64,000 nucleotides of DNA from Escherichia coli. GTDB taxonomy: Bacteria > Pseudomonadota > Gammaproteobacteria > Enterobacterales > Enterobacteriaceae. Positions 51,201-60,255 of the stretch are shown here, in pieces (position 1 is the first letter of the stretch; each line of letters opens with the position of its first letter). The translations under genes and the position numbers were made by a program. The notes under the pieces were generated by a model, which did no database searches, had not been told where the DNA came from, and saw only the letters and a list, made by a program, of their open reading frames with translations. The stretch is taken from the NCBI RefSeq assembly GCF_030013595.1, contig NZ_CP122768.1, one strand, 5' to 3'.

Positions 51201-51623
51201 TTACCGCTTCTGGTGCAGAAGCTGCAGATGACGAAGAGTACGGACATCCTCCCGGGCCTGTTCGATACAGGGCAACAGTGCTACCGAATCCGTTTTATCC
51301 TCATCGTTGTCAAAGATAATTCCCGATTCGCAGTCGATATTGTCCTGCAGCCACGCAATGAGGATATCCAGCGCTGTTTCAGTGGTTAATGGCATCACGC
51401 TCTGTATCACTGTATTGTCTTCCGGCAACTGATGAGGGCTGGCAGAAGTCGCCGGTGTTTCGGTAGCGTCACGTTCATTCACCACGCGGAGTGAATAACC
51501 GTTTTCAGCGACTTTGTTAATCAGTTCAGCGAGCTCAATACCATCGACGTCAACGACAATGCGCCCCATGTTCAGCGCCTGCGCATTAATGCTGTCGGCT
51601 TCCAGCGTCAGGGCCAGTTTCAT
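51201..51623 (-). CDS. yeeW: YeeW-like protein (full length)
   Basis: MKLALTLEADSINAQALNMGRIVVDVDGIELAELINKVAENGYSLRVV.. matches the YeeW N-terminus (recalled). ATGA overlap with the cbtA-like gene. Confidence 0.6.
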   Translation of the reverse strand: MKLALTLEADSINAQALNMGRIVVDVDGIELAELINKVAENGYSLRVVNERDATETPATSASPHQLPEDNTVIQSVMPLTTETALDILIAWLQDNIDCESGIIFDNDEDKTDSVALLPCIEQAREDVRTLRHLQLLHQKR

Positions 51624-51997
51624 TGTTTCGCCCCCGGATGTTTACCCAGGGTAATGTTATTTACCGTTCTGTAGTTGTCGCGTGTCATCAGGCCGGTTGC
51701 CCGGCGTGCCCGGAGGATATCAATACTGTTTATTAACTGAGAACGGGTACAGGCGCTGAATCCCGGCTGGTCGGTACGTACCAGTGCGTATTTTTCAACG
51801 AGAAAGTTCACCGCATCGCACAGTGAAATGCCTGCCTCAATATGCTGCTCAATCACACGTTCATCAGCGAACGGTGTGTCATTCAGCGTAAGGCCGTAGT
51901 GCTGATCCAGCAGTCGGGTGAGCAGTGTCTGCCAGATTTCAACCGGAGACGGGCGTGAACTGGCCGCCTGCCCGGGTAATACAGGTAATGTTTTCAT
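51620..51997 (-). CDS. cbtA: CbtA/YkfI/YpjF-family type IV toxin (cytoskeleton-binding)
   Basis: 125 aa from MKTLPVLPGQAASSRPSPVEIWQTLLTRLLDQHYGLTLNDTPF.. The ORF-track 172-aa form overlaps the antitoxin gene. Confidence 0.85.
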   Translation of the reverse strand: MKTLPVLPGQAASSRPSPVEIWQTLLTRLLDQHYGLTLNDTPFADERVIEQHIEAGISLCDAVNFLVEKYALVRTDQPGFSACTRSQLINSIDILRARRATGLMTRDNYRTVNNITLGKHPGAKQ

Positions 51998-52086
51998 ACT
52001 GAAGATTTTCCTGAAATGCAGAGATGAAAAATGGAAAAGTGGCGTGGTGAAAGCACCAGGCCGGAGCAGAAGGTTATTCTGGAGAG

Positions 52087-52455
52087 TTACTTTTTCGTTT
52101 CGGGCGTCGGATAAACAGCCATATAAACGTAGCCACAACTGCCGAGGGTGTCGGCTTCGCAGGTCAGCCCTTTTGCATACAGCGTGACGGTATGCTGATG
52201 GCGGGGATTCAGTTCACCGCTGGTGAGCATGAGCTCCAGTTGTTTCATCAGCAGCGGAAAGGCCTGGTCTAGGTGGTACGAATCCGCGTCGCTGAACCGC
52301 CCTCTGATACCGGCGCGGTCGGCAAGGTAATGCAACCGGTTGCCTTCCTGTACCAGACGGGCACCAAAACAGGGCGTCACGGTGCAGGGCAGTCCCCACC
52401 AGGTGCGGTCGTTATTGTCGTCGGGAAGCGTTGTCCCGGGGAGTGTGTCTGACAC
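52087..52455 (-). CDS. cbeA: CbeA/YafW/YfjZ-family type IV antitoxin
   Basis: 122 aa. GTG start with GAGGA RBS. MSDTLPGTTLPDDNNDRTWWGLPCTVTPCFGARLVQEGNRLHYLADRAG.. Confidence 0.85.
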   Translation of the reverse strand: MSDTLPGTTLPDDNNDRTWWGLPCTVTPCFGARLVQEGNRLHYLADRAGIRGRFSDADSYHLDQAFPLLMKQLELMLTSGELNPRHQHTVTLYAKGLTCEADTLGSCGYVYMAVYPTPETKK

Positions 52456-52534
52456 GATAAAATCCTCACAGAAAATTGGTTAAGAATGGTCCGGTGGTGG
52501 CGATAATTCTGCTCTTCTGAATGCCCTTCCAGAC

Positions 52535-52756
52535 TCAGTTCAGGGTGACGCTCATCAGCCGGACATACGGACCAAAACTGTCCTTCCGGCGTTCTGCAAA
52601 CACAGCCAGCACACCGGGAATATCCTGTACTTCACGGCCGGTATATGTATCCGTGCTACCGTGCCAGCGGTATTTACCGGTACAGAACGGAAAAAGACGG
52701 GATGCAGGATGCTGACGGTGAATACGCATGGCTTCACCACGGGTGATGATTTTCAT
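52535..52756 (-). CDS. yeeT: DUF987 protein (YeeT/YkfH-like)
   Basis: 73 aa. MKIITRGEAMRIHRQHPASRLFPFCTGKYRWHGS.. Confidence 0.75.
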   Translation of the reverse strand: MKIITRGEAMRIHRQHPASRLFPFCTGKYRWHGSTDTYTGREVQDIPGVLAVFAERRKDSFGPYVRLMSVTLN

Positions 52757-52842
52757 GAGAATAGTCCTCCTGAATGTGAAAGTAAGAAACAGCTGAGAAA
52801 GAGAAACTGAAGTGATATGAAGGTGATTGTGACGGTGACGGG

Positions 52843-53319
52843 TTAAAGCAGACCGTGTTCCGCAAAGGAGAAAACCTGGCTGCCACCGATTATCAGATGG
52901 TCCGGTACCCGGATATCCACCAGGGCCAGTGCCTGTACCAGACGCTCAGTGATAAGGCGGTCTGCCTTGCTGGGGGTGACTTCACCGGACGGGTGATTGT
53001 GCGCCAGCACCACGGCAGCGGCATTGTGGTACAGGGCGCGTTTAATCACCTCCCGGGGATGGACTTCTGTGCGGTTGATGGTGCCAGTGAAGAGGGTTTC
53101 ACCGGCAATCAGCTGATTCTGGTTGTTCAGATACAGCACCCGGAACTCTTCCCGCTCCAGTCCCGCCATGTTCAGTATCAGCCATTCCCGTGCCGCATGC
53201 GTGGAGGTGAAGGCCACGCCGGGTTCATGAAGATGGCGGTCCAGGGTTTTCAGGGCCCGTTGAATGAGGCTGCGCTCGCCGGGCGTCATCTCTCCGGGCA
53301 GAAAGGAAAGCTGTTGCAT
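52843..53319 (-). CDS. yeeS: RadC-like JAB/MPN-domain protein (YeeS/YkfG-like)
   Basis: 158 aa from MQQLSFLPGEMTPGER. JAMM motif VLAHNHPSGEVTPSKADRLIT. Confidence 0.8.
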   Translation of the reverse strand: MQQLSFLPGEMTPGERSLIQRALKTLDRHLHEPGVAFTSTHAAREWLILNMAGLEREEFRVLYLNNQNQLIAGETLFTGTINRTEVHPREVIKRALYHNAAAVVLAHNHPSGEVTPSKADRLITERLVQALALVDIRVPDHLIIGGSQVFSFAEHGLL

Positions 53320-53334
53320 TGTGCTTCTCTCCAT

Positions 53335-53820
53335 TCAGTCGATGATGCGCATAATGGCGCTGCATTCCGGATGCTGCAGGGCGTAATCCCGCAGCCGGTA
53401 ATAATGGACCGTCATGGCATAACACTCCGTACGACAGGCATGATGACTGTACGTCATCAGACAGGCAGCAATGCCGGCGGCTTCCGGGCTCATTTCAGCG
53501 CGGTTGCCGTTCATGACATTGAACAGTACCCATATTTCGTCATCATCGTCATCCGGTTCGGGTGCCATAAATGCCCCGCCGTTGTTCAGAGTGTACAGAT
53601 TCCAGATACCACCGCAGTAGTCTTCGCTCAGACGGTCCATCCAGCCGAAAACACGGGGCTCCAGGGTCACCCACTGTGGAATGAGACCAAAGTGCTGCGG
53701 CCAGAAGCTGATGCGCTGTTCATCAGGGACTATGGTGGCAACCAGCTGAGGCTGGTCATTCCCTGATGCAGCGGTTACGGAAACAGAAGGAGTGGTGGAA
53801 TTATGCGAGACGGTTGTCAT
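53335..53820 (-). CDS. Antirestriction-family protein (YafX/YfjX-like, KlcA/ArdB-type)
   Basis: 161 aa. ..ISFWPQHFGLIPQWVTLEPRVFGWMDRLSEDYCGGIWNLYTLNNGGAFMAP.. Confidence 0.7.
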   Translation of the reverse strand: MTTVSHNSTTPSVSVTAASGNDQPQLVATIVPDEQRISFWPQHFGLIPQWVTLEPRVFGWMDRLSEDYCGGIWNLYTLNNGGAFMAPEPDDDDDEIWVLFNVMNGNRAEMSPEAAGIAACLMTYSHHACRTECYAMTVHYYRLRDYALQHPECSAIMRIID

Positions 53821-53911
53821 GAGATTATTCCTTATAAAAAGTAAATGAATGGAAGAAACCCCGGGGGAAGGGACAAACGTGAGTCAGAACTGCGCTTTCA
53901 GGGAAAAGGCA

Positions 53912-54730
53912 TCAGCACATGCTCTCCAGCAGCGTTTCAGCCATTACCCACAATGCGCGATTGAGCTTAATGTCGGTGTCGATGCTGTGAATGGCACGGG
54001 TATGGATACGTTTCCCTCTGGCACTGCGACCGGAAATTCCGCCTTTCAGCATATTCTCCTGAATGGTCTGATAAGCACTCCACAGGTCCTTACCGTAATC
54101 CTCCCGGCGTCGTGGTGTCAGAATGTCGGCGGTGGTGACGGGCTGATGTTCGTCACCATAACGGTAAGTCAGTGCCGCCTGTGCCAGCGCCTGGCGTGCC
54201 GGTGGCGGCAGAATCAGCGACTGCATGGCATCACGCTTTTCCTCAATCCGCTCAAACACGCCCACCACCTCGTAAGCCCCTTCAATAACTTTCTCCACCA
54301 CATTTCCCCGGTGTGGAACACGCAATTCTCCCAGAGACTGACCGCAGACCAGTCCATTGGTACAAATGGCACGAAAATATCCGGGTAACATCTGGTAGCT
54401 GGATGAACCGTCATGGGAGTTGAGCAGAATAATTTCAGGGACATGCTGACCGGTTATCTGCCCGGCCCGCCGCAGACGCAGCATGTGTTTTGTGTATTCC
54501 CGGCGGCTCTGGTCGCGCACGCGGGTCTGGCAGGCAAAGAACGGCTGAAAGCCTTCCTGCTGCAGATTTTCCAGGACGGTGATAGTGGGAATGTACGCAT
54601 AGTGTTCACTTCGGGAGGTATGTCGGTTTTCCCCAAAAATACTCGGTACATGGCGCATCAGTTCTTCGTGTGTCAGCGGACGGTCACGGCGTATCTGGTT
54701 TACATGACCAAAACGACTCGCTAATCGCAT
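53912..54730 (-). CDS. DUF932 protein (YafZ-like)
   Basis: 272 aa. MRLASRFGHVNQIRRDRPLTHEELMRHVPSIFGE.. Confidence 0.7.
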   Translation of the reverse strand: MRLASRFGHVNQIRRDRPLTHEELMRHVPSIFGENRHTSRSEHYAYIPTITVLENLQQEGFQPFFACQTRVRDQSRREYTKHMLRLRRAGQITGQHVPEIILLNSHDGSSSYQMLPGYFRAICTNGLVCGQSLGELRVPHRGNVVEKVIEGAYEVVGVFERIEEKRDAMQSLILPPPARQALAQAALTYRYGDEHQPVTTADILTPRRREDYGKDLWSAYQTIQENMLKGGISGRSARGKRIHTRAIHSIDTDIKLNRALWVMAETLLESMC

Positions 54731-54769
54731 TATTTGCTCCTTATGAATGAGTTAGCGGTATAAATGAAT

Positions 54770-55472
54770 AAATATCCTCCGGCATAGCCGGAGGTTTTTC
54801 AAATGCGCCTGTAAGGCTCTGTTACCAGCCGCGCCCTAACAGGCGCATACGATCTGACATTTGCATTCAACTTCGTTACTTACGGCCCGTAAACGGGCTG
54901 CCCGGATATGGAATCGATAACTGCTCCCCCATTTTATCCTCTTCAAGCTGGTGCTTTATGTAGTCCTGTATCTTCGCCGTGTTCTTACCCACCGTATCGA
55001 CATAGTACCCTCGGCACCAGAACTCCCTGTTTCTGTATTTGAATTTCAAATCCCCAAACTGCTCGTAAAGCATCAGACTGCTTTTCCCTTTCAGATATCC
55101 CATAAAGCCGGATACGCTCATTTTGGGTGGGATTTCCACAAGCATATGGATATGATCTGCGCAGCACTCTGCTTCCAGAATCCGTACGCTTTTCCACTCA
55201 CACAGCTTTCTCAAAATACTGCCTATCGCCCTACGCTTCTCTCCGTAAAACGCCAGTCTTCGGTATTTCGGCGCAAAAACTATGTGATATTTACAGTTCC
55301 AGCGGGTGTGCGCTAAGCTCTTTTCGTCCCCCATTGGGACCCCCTTTTGATTTCTTGTTTGACACTTGCAGTTGCCAGACCGCAAGGTGTTTTAACAAAT
55401 CAAAAGGGGTTTTAATAACTGGCTCAAAGCTGAAAGCTTTCCGGAACCCCCAGCCTAGCTGGGGGTTTTCTG
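54770..55472 (-). mobile_element. IS200 (IS200/IS605 family); boundaries approximate
   Basis: Contains tnpA. The upstream end has the hairpin ACCCCCAGCCTAGCTGGGGGT (55446-55466). The downstream end has the inverted repeat ATGCGCCTGT..ACAGGCGCAT (~54813-54860). Size is about 0.7 kb as expected. Confidence 0.7.
54876..55334 (-). CDS. tnpA: IS200 Y1 (HUH) transposase TnpA
   Basis: 152 aa from MGDEKSLAHTRWNCKYHIVFAPKYRR. HUH motif CCADHIHMLV. Confidence 0.92.
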   Translation of the reverse strand: MGDEKSLAHTRWNCKYHIVFAPKYRRLAFYGEKRRAIGSILRKLCEWKSVRILEAECCADHIHMLVEIPPKMSVSGFMGYLKGKSSLMLYEQFGDLKFKYRNREFWCRGYYVDTVGKNTAKIQDYIKHQLEEDKMGEQLSIPYPGSPFTGRK

Positions 55473-55477
55473 TGCAC

Positions 55478-55508
55478 AAAAAGCCGCGTCTCCCGGAGAA
55501 GACGCGGC
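55478..55508 (-). terminator. Intrinsic terminator after the DUF905 gene
   Basis: GCCGCGTCT (55483-55491) pairs with AGACGCGGC (55500-55508). On the minus strand it is followed by TTTTT. Confidence 0.7.
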
Positions 55509-55530
55509 CTGATGGGTGAAATGAAGACGT

Positions 55531-55764
55531 TTATTGCCTGAGAATTCCCTCACTGGCGAGATACGGATTTAGCTGTTTTCCGGCATCAGGTTCAAAATTC
55601 CAGTACCGCCAGCGCAACTGACCTTCAGCATTACGGATAACCAGCCGGAAATGCGTTCCCTGGTCATCTTCAATAAGCACATTGCGGTAAGCTGTTGTGA
55701 CGGCAACCGCCTGTTCGCGTGAGAAAGGGCCTTCGGGTAATAAACGTGATGTACAACCCGGCAT
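55531..55764 (-). CDS. DUF905 protein (YkfF/YfjR-neighbour type)
   Basis: 77 aa from [52 protein letters not shown].. AGGGAG RBS. Confidence 0.7.
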   Translation of the reverse strand: MPGCTSRLLPEGPFSREQAVAVTTAYRNVLIEDDQGTHFRLVIRNAEGQLRWRYWNFEPDAGKQLNPYLASEGILRQ

Positions 55765-55834
55765 ATCTGTTGCTCCCTGAAAGTAAAAGGCCCCGGTCAT
55801 GATGACCGGGGCCTGAAGGGGAGTGACCTGATTA

Positions 55835-58681
55835 TCAGAAAGTCACATTCAGCGTGGCCTGACCGTTATAACCTTCAGCGCTGCTGCCGCTGACGCTGTG
55901 GGCATAACCGGCCTGAACGCCCAGGGTGATATTTTCCCGGACACGGGCTTCCAGTCCGGCCTGCAGGTCCAGTGACGTGCCATTCTGGGATGGTGAGAAC
56001 GTCATGTTACTGCCGGCTGCGGCTGTACCCATGCTCATGTCACCCCGGGAGCTGAAGGTGCGGATAACAGAAGGCTGTACCCACCAGTTCACCGGCAGTT
56101 CACGCACACTGTGTTTTGCACTGTCGCGCAGGGTGTCACGGGATGAGGTGCCTTCACCAAAGGTCATATCGTTGTGGCTGCCCAGACGGAAACCGGCACG
56201 CACATGTTGTGCACTGCCATGCCCGAACTTCACATAACCGGCGTTATCCTGGCCGTCATCCAGGGAAAGTCCCTGCCAGGTATACTGCAGTTGTGGCTCC
56301 AGCATCAGGTTGTCAGTGATACTGAAGGGCAGACCGGTTTCCAGTGAGCCCAGCCAGCCCCAGCCCCGGGCGCGGAAGTCGTTATTGTCCGATGACGCTT
56401 TCATGCTGTGGCGGGTTCCCTGTGCCACAATGTCAGCCCACAGGCCGGAGGACGTGTGTGTCAGATTCAGGTATCCGCCCAGGCTGCCGGCATCATCCCG
56501 GACCGTGCCGGCACGGGAGCCGTCATCATCCTTAACATCAACGGAAGAATGGCCTGCAGCGCCATATACCCCCGTGGTCACAGACATACCGGCAACCTCT
56601 GTTCTCAGCAGGTCACCCTCCAGACGGACGAAGCCATAGCTGCCGCTGCTTTCCGGCGTGGCCCCACGGGCAATACCGCCGTTGTTATCGTGACCGAGAT
56701 GACCGCCCTGAATGCTGAGACGGACGCTGTTATTTTCACCGTTTACACCGGTCTGATGGCTGCGGGAGCCTGCCAGAATCCGGTCATAGTCCATTGCCTG
56801 TGTCAGCATGGAGGCATACAGGGGGACTTCAGCACGATAAGCATTTTCACTGCGCAGGTACCAGTCTTCATCGCTGTCACGGTTCAGGGTGTAGTTAAAG
56901 ACACCGGCCTGAAGCGGGCGACTCAGGGCAAACGCACCTTCTTCTGTGGTGGCACCATTCTGTGCATCCACAACCCGGATACCCTGTCCGGAGGTTGCCA
57001 CCCCGAGGTTACTGTTTCCGACATTTGTGAACGCAAGCCAGGTTTTGCCGGTTGCCTGACCACCATTAATCACCAGCTGGTCAGGGGCATTGCTGCCATC
57101 AAGGCGAACACGCATATTGATGGTGCCACCCTGACCGGTGAGGTTACTGGTGGTCAGTTTATGGAACGTTACCGGGGCGTCGCCTTTTGCAACAGCACGG
57201 CTCAGGACGGCATCCTGTGTCGTCTGATTATCAAAGCGAATCTCCCCTGCGTTAACAATATCGCCGGTACTGACCACATCACCATTCAGTACCATGCTGG
57301 CGCCTTTACTGAGCTGTGTTCTGCCACTCAGACTTCCCCCGGCAGCCAGCATCAGTGTCCCACGATGTCCGACAGTGGTGTTGCTGGCCTGTCCCCCGGC
57401 ATTAACCGTAAAGCTACCGCCATTTTCCAGCAGCAGGCCGCTGGCCTGACCGGATATACCATCAATACTGAACTTACCGCTGGCATTGGTCCCCTCAACA
57501 GTGGCACCACTGTCTGCAATCAGGGCACCACCGGATGTCATGGTGACACCTGTTGCCTTACCACCGGCAGACACTGCCAGGGTACCGCCGTCATCCACCC
57601 GTGTTTTCTGCGCTGAATGGCCCTCCAGTACATCCAGGCGACCGCCGGACTCCAGAACAAGGCCGTCAGCCTTACCGTTTTCCACCGTGAAATTGCCCAG
57701 ACGGTTGCTGCCGGTGACGGTTGCCGCCGTACTGGTGACCAGTGCGCCCCCCTGCTTCAGGGTGACATTCGTGGCTGTACCACCGGCGTTCACCTGCAGC
57801 TTGCCTTTCTGGTTAACGGTGGTGAAATCCGCCAGACCACCTTCCTTGATAATCTGCCAGCCGTCACTGTTTACAACAGTGCCAGACGCCGTACCGCCGT
57901 TGTGCACATACTGGTACCCCCCATTCAGCGTGGTATCCAGTGCGTGACCATGTACAGTCTGGTCGCCGCCGGCATAAACCACAGTGGTATTTACCGTTCC
58001 TTCAGCAGCCACAATCTGACGACCATTTTTATTGATGGTGGTGCGTACGGCATCTCCGTAGACGGTCTGCCCGGTATCACCATTTTCTGCATCCGGTCCC
58101 CCTTCCGCGCCGGTATTCACAACCGTGTCGGTTGCCACTGCGCCGGATTTGACGGCCTGCCAGCCCTTCTCATTAATGACAGTACCCGTTGCAATCCCGC
58201 CTTCATGTACCCACTGCTCACCGCCGTTCAGAGTGGTGTTCACTGCCTGCCCCTGAAGGCTCTGTCCGCCTCCGGCACTGATAACCGTGTCTGAAACGCT
58301 TCCTCCGGCATTCACTCTCTGAAGACCACCACCGGTGACAGTAGTGTTGTTGGCGATACCGCCATTTTGTATCCATTGTCCGCCGGTATTGGCCTCGTTA
58401 TCCGGCCCATACTCCAGACCGGTACTGATGGTCATTCCGTTGGCCGTACCGAAGACAATCTGGTTGTCATGATTTTCCAGTGTTCCGCCGCTCACGGTTT
58501 CTCCCGTCTGTACAACCGTGTCAGCAGCCAGTGCCGGGACTGATGTGACAGCAGCAAGAGACAGCGCAACCGCCACACCGGCGCGTTTTCCCCGTGAGCG
58601 GGCCAGTTCGGAGGTCACCACCAGGGTGCCCGTAATGTGATTCCATACCAGCCTGTAGCTGGTGTTCAGATGTCGTTTCAT
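55835..58681 (-). CDS. flu: Antigen 43-family self-associating autotransporter adhesin
   Basis: 948 aa from [35 protein letters not shown] (extended signal peptide). Repetitive beta-helix passenger (..GG.A..T.V..GG.Q.V..). C-terminal beta-barrel ending ..GQATLNVTF. Confidence 0.9.
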   Translation of the reverse strand: MKRHLNTSYRLVWNHITGTLVVTSELARSRGKRAGVAVALSLAAVTSVPALAADTVVQTGETVSGGTLENHDNQIVFGTANGMTISTGLEYGPDNEANTGGQWIQNGGIANNTTVTGGGLQRVNAGGSVSDTVISAGGGQSLQGQAVNTTLNGGEQWVHEGGIATGTVINEKGWQAVKSGAVATDTVVNTGAEGGPDAENGDTGQTVYGDAVRTTINKNGRQIVAAEGTVNTTVVYAGGDQTVHGHALDTTLNGGYQYVHNGGTASGTVVNSDGWQIIKEGGLADFTTVNQKGKLQVNAGGTATNVTLKQGGALVTSTAATVTGSNRLGNFTVENGKADGLVLESGGRLDVLEGHSAQKTRVDDGGTLAVSAGGKATGVTMTSGGALIADSGATVEGTNASGKFSIDGISGQASGLLLENGGSFTVNAGGQASNTTVGHRGTLMLAAGGSLSGRTQLSKGASMVLNGDVVSTGDIVNAGEIRFDNQTTQDAVLSRAVAKGDAPVTFHKLTTSNLTGQGGTINMRVRLDGSNAPDQLVINGGQATGKTWLAFTNVGNSNLGVATSGQGIRVVDAQNGATTEEGAFALSRPLQAGVFNYTLNRDSDEDWYLRSENAYRAEVPLYASMLTQAMDYDRILAGSRSHQTGVNGENNSVRLSIQGGHLGHDNNGGIARGATPESSGSYGFVRLEGDLLRTEVAGMSVTTGVYGAAGHSSVDVKDDDGSRAGTVRDDAGSLGGYLNLTHTSSGLWADIVAQGTRHSMKASSDNNDFRARGWGWLGSLETGLPFSITDNLMLEPQLQYTWQGLSLDDGQDNAGYVKFGHGSAQHVRAGFRLGSHNDMTFGEGTSSRDTLRDSAKHSVRELPVNWWVQPSVIRTFSSRGDMSMGTAAAGSNMTFSPSQNGTSLDLQAGLEARVRENITLGVQAGYAHSVSGSSAEGYNGQATLNVTF

Positions 58682-58898
58682 CAGCTTTTCCTTACAGAGG
58701 GTGAATAAAAAAGCCGGTACCCACAAATATGGGTACCGGCAGGTACAAAACAGCATGGTCAGATAAAGTGGTTTTTCCCGGACATAAATGCTTCTCCTCT
58801 CTCATCCGCCAGAGAAGTATCAGTCCGTTGTGTGCAATTCCGTTCTGCATGATGAAGAGATTCAGCTGCCTTTTCGCAGACCATTAACCACTATAAAC

Positions 58899-58934
58899 GA
58901 TCGATGGTAACGATCGATACATGTTTTATCGATC
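58899..58934. promoter_or_regulatory. Three clustered GATC sites: the Dam/OxyR phase-variation switch of agn43
   Basis: GATC at 58899, 58912 and 58931, each within CGATCG, about 220-250 nt upstream of the flu start, as in K-12 agn43 (recalled). Confidence 0.7.
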
Positions 58935-59052
58935 GTTTTATTCTATTAACAGCAAGGCAGTCACGCAAGAGAAAGAGGTGGGTATGAGGTGTTTGTGTCA
59001 TGTTTTCAGTTGGTTAACGCAATGTAATCAGGCATTTCCCCTGGCAGAGTGT

Positions 59053-59925
59053 TCAGAAGAAAATCCAGTTCCATACAGCGCGGGCAACAGAGACCACCGT
59101 GTCACGGACGACACGCAGAACCGTACGAGCCACAGAGGCAATACAGACGCTCTCCGCCGTGTCAAATATCCGGTCCACCGCACCGGTAAACTGTTCACGG
59201 GCCTGCCCCCGGACAGATTCCGTGCACAACTCGTCCTGCAGGCGGGTCATCAGGGGACTGGCGGCATGGTCGGGAAGTGCTGTCATGAGCGCACTGACCA
59301 GCGTATCCAGTTCCCAGCCGGTGCGGGCCGATACGGCCACAACCGGATGTACGGGCCGGAACAGCCGGAATACCGCATCTGTTTTCTCACGAATGTTCTG
59401 TTCCTGTGCGGGAGAAGGCTGAATACCTGCCATATCCCATTCATGGCAGGGCTCCGTTTTGTCGGCCTGCGTCACCACAAACAGCACCTGCTGATGTCCC
59501 CGGTGCAGGATGTGTCGCCAGAAATACTCATCCACAGACAGGGCACGGTCATCGGCTTTAATCAGCCACAGTACCAGGTCAAGTTCAGGCAGAATGTCAC
59601 GGTACAGGGCTTCATACTCTGCATCCCTGTCCCGGCTCTCGCCCACCCCGGGTAGGTCAGTGATAACCATGCTGTGACCATGGCCACTCAGACGGAAGCG
59701 CTGCGCTTCCCGGGTGCCGGCGTGAACATCACTGACCGGGGTGACCTCCCCCTGAAACAGTGCATTACAGAGTGAGGATTTACCGGCCCCGCTTTTCCCC
59801 ATAATGCCAATCACGGGTTCGTGGCTGGTGAGTTTGCGCAGATGTTCCAGGATGTGACGGGAAAGTGAGTAAGGAAGAGAAGAAAGTGGTTTTTCAATTG
59901 CCTCAATGGCATCAGACGGATTCAT
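59053..59925 (-). CDS. yeeP: YeeP/YkfA-like GTPase (50S ribosome-binding GTPase family)
   Basis: 290 aa from MNPSDAIEAIEKPL. P-loop GIMGKSGAGKSSL, then DLPGVGE. Confidence 0.8.
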   Translation of the reverse strand: MNPSDAIEAIEKPLSSLPYSLSRHILEHLRKLTSHEPVIGIMGKSGAGKSSLCNALFQGEVTPVSDVHAGTREAQRFRLSGHGHSMVITDLPGVGESRDRDAEYEALYRDILPELDLVLWLIKADDRALSVDEYFWRHILHRGHQQVLFVVTQADKTEPCHEWDMAGIQPSPAQEQNIREKTDAVFRLFRPVHPVVAVSARTGWELDTLVSALMTALPDHAASPLMTRLQDELCTESVRGQAREQFTGAVDRIFDTAESVCIASVARTVLRVVRDTVVSVARAVWNWIFF

Positions 59926-60255
59926 ACATGTATTCCCGGTGAAAAAAGACAAAACCCCGCGCACCGGAAAGGTGGCGGGGGATTCACGGAGATAATATCT
60001 GTCTGAAATTATTTAGGATGCAGGTATCTTCAGATAATCGCACCCCCAGAATTTTATTCTTAATAGTTGAATAGTGGTATTTGGTTTCCCTGAGAGAATA
60101 TAAAGATGAATCATGCTGTATTGAGTTTGATTCTATTTGTACTGAGACAGGTATCTTCATGATTATAATCAAAAGCCGGGTGGATTGGTCTGGCGCTAAT
60201 TATTTTCTCGAATAAACTCACTAATTATTGTAACCATCCCAAAGGAGATGATTTT

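Noticed and set aside
51620-52138. 172-aa form of the CbtA-like toxin ORF
   Set aside because: The N-terminal 47 codons overlap the CbeA antitoxin gene and are absent from family members. The Met at 51995-51997 gives the canonical MKTLPVLPGQ start.
52855-53766. 303-aa + strand ORF across the radC-like and antirestriction genes
   Set aside because: It is antisense to two well-recognised conserved genes. Its composition (Gly/His/Gln-rich) and lack of an RBS argue against expression.
56408-57616. 402-aa + strand ORF (and neighbours at 55926-58294) inside the Ag43 gene
   Set aside because: These are shadow ORFs antisense to a repetitive, GC-rich autotransporter passenger. They have low-complexity composition and no start context.
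58921-59655. 244-aa + strand ORF starting in the agn43 regulatory region
   Set aside because: It runs antisense through the YeeP-like GTPase gene, which has clear P-loop motifs on the other strand.
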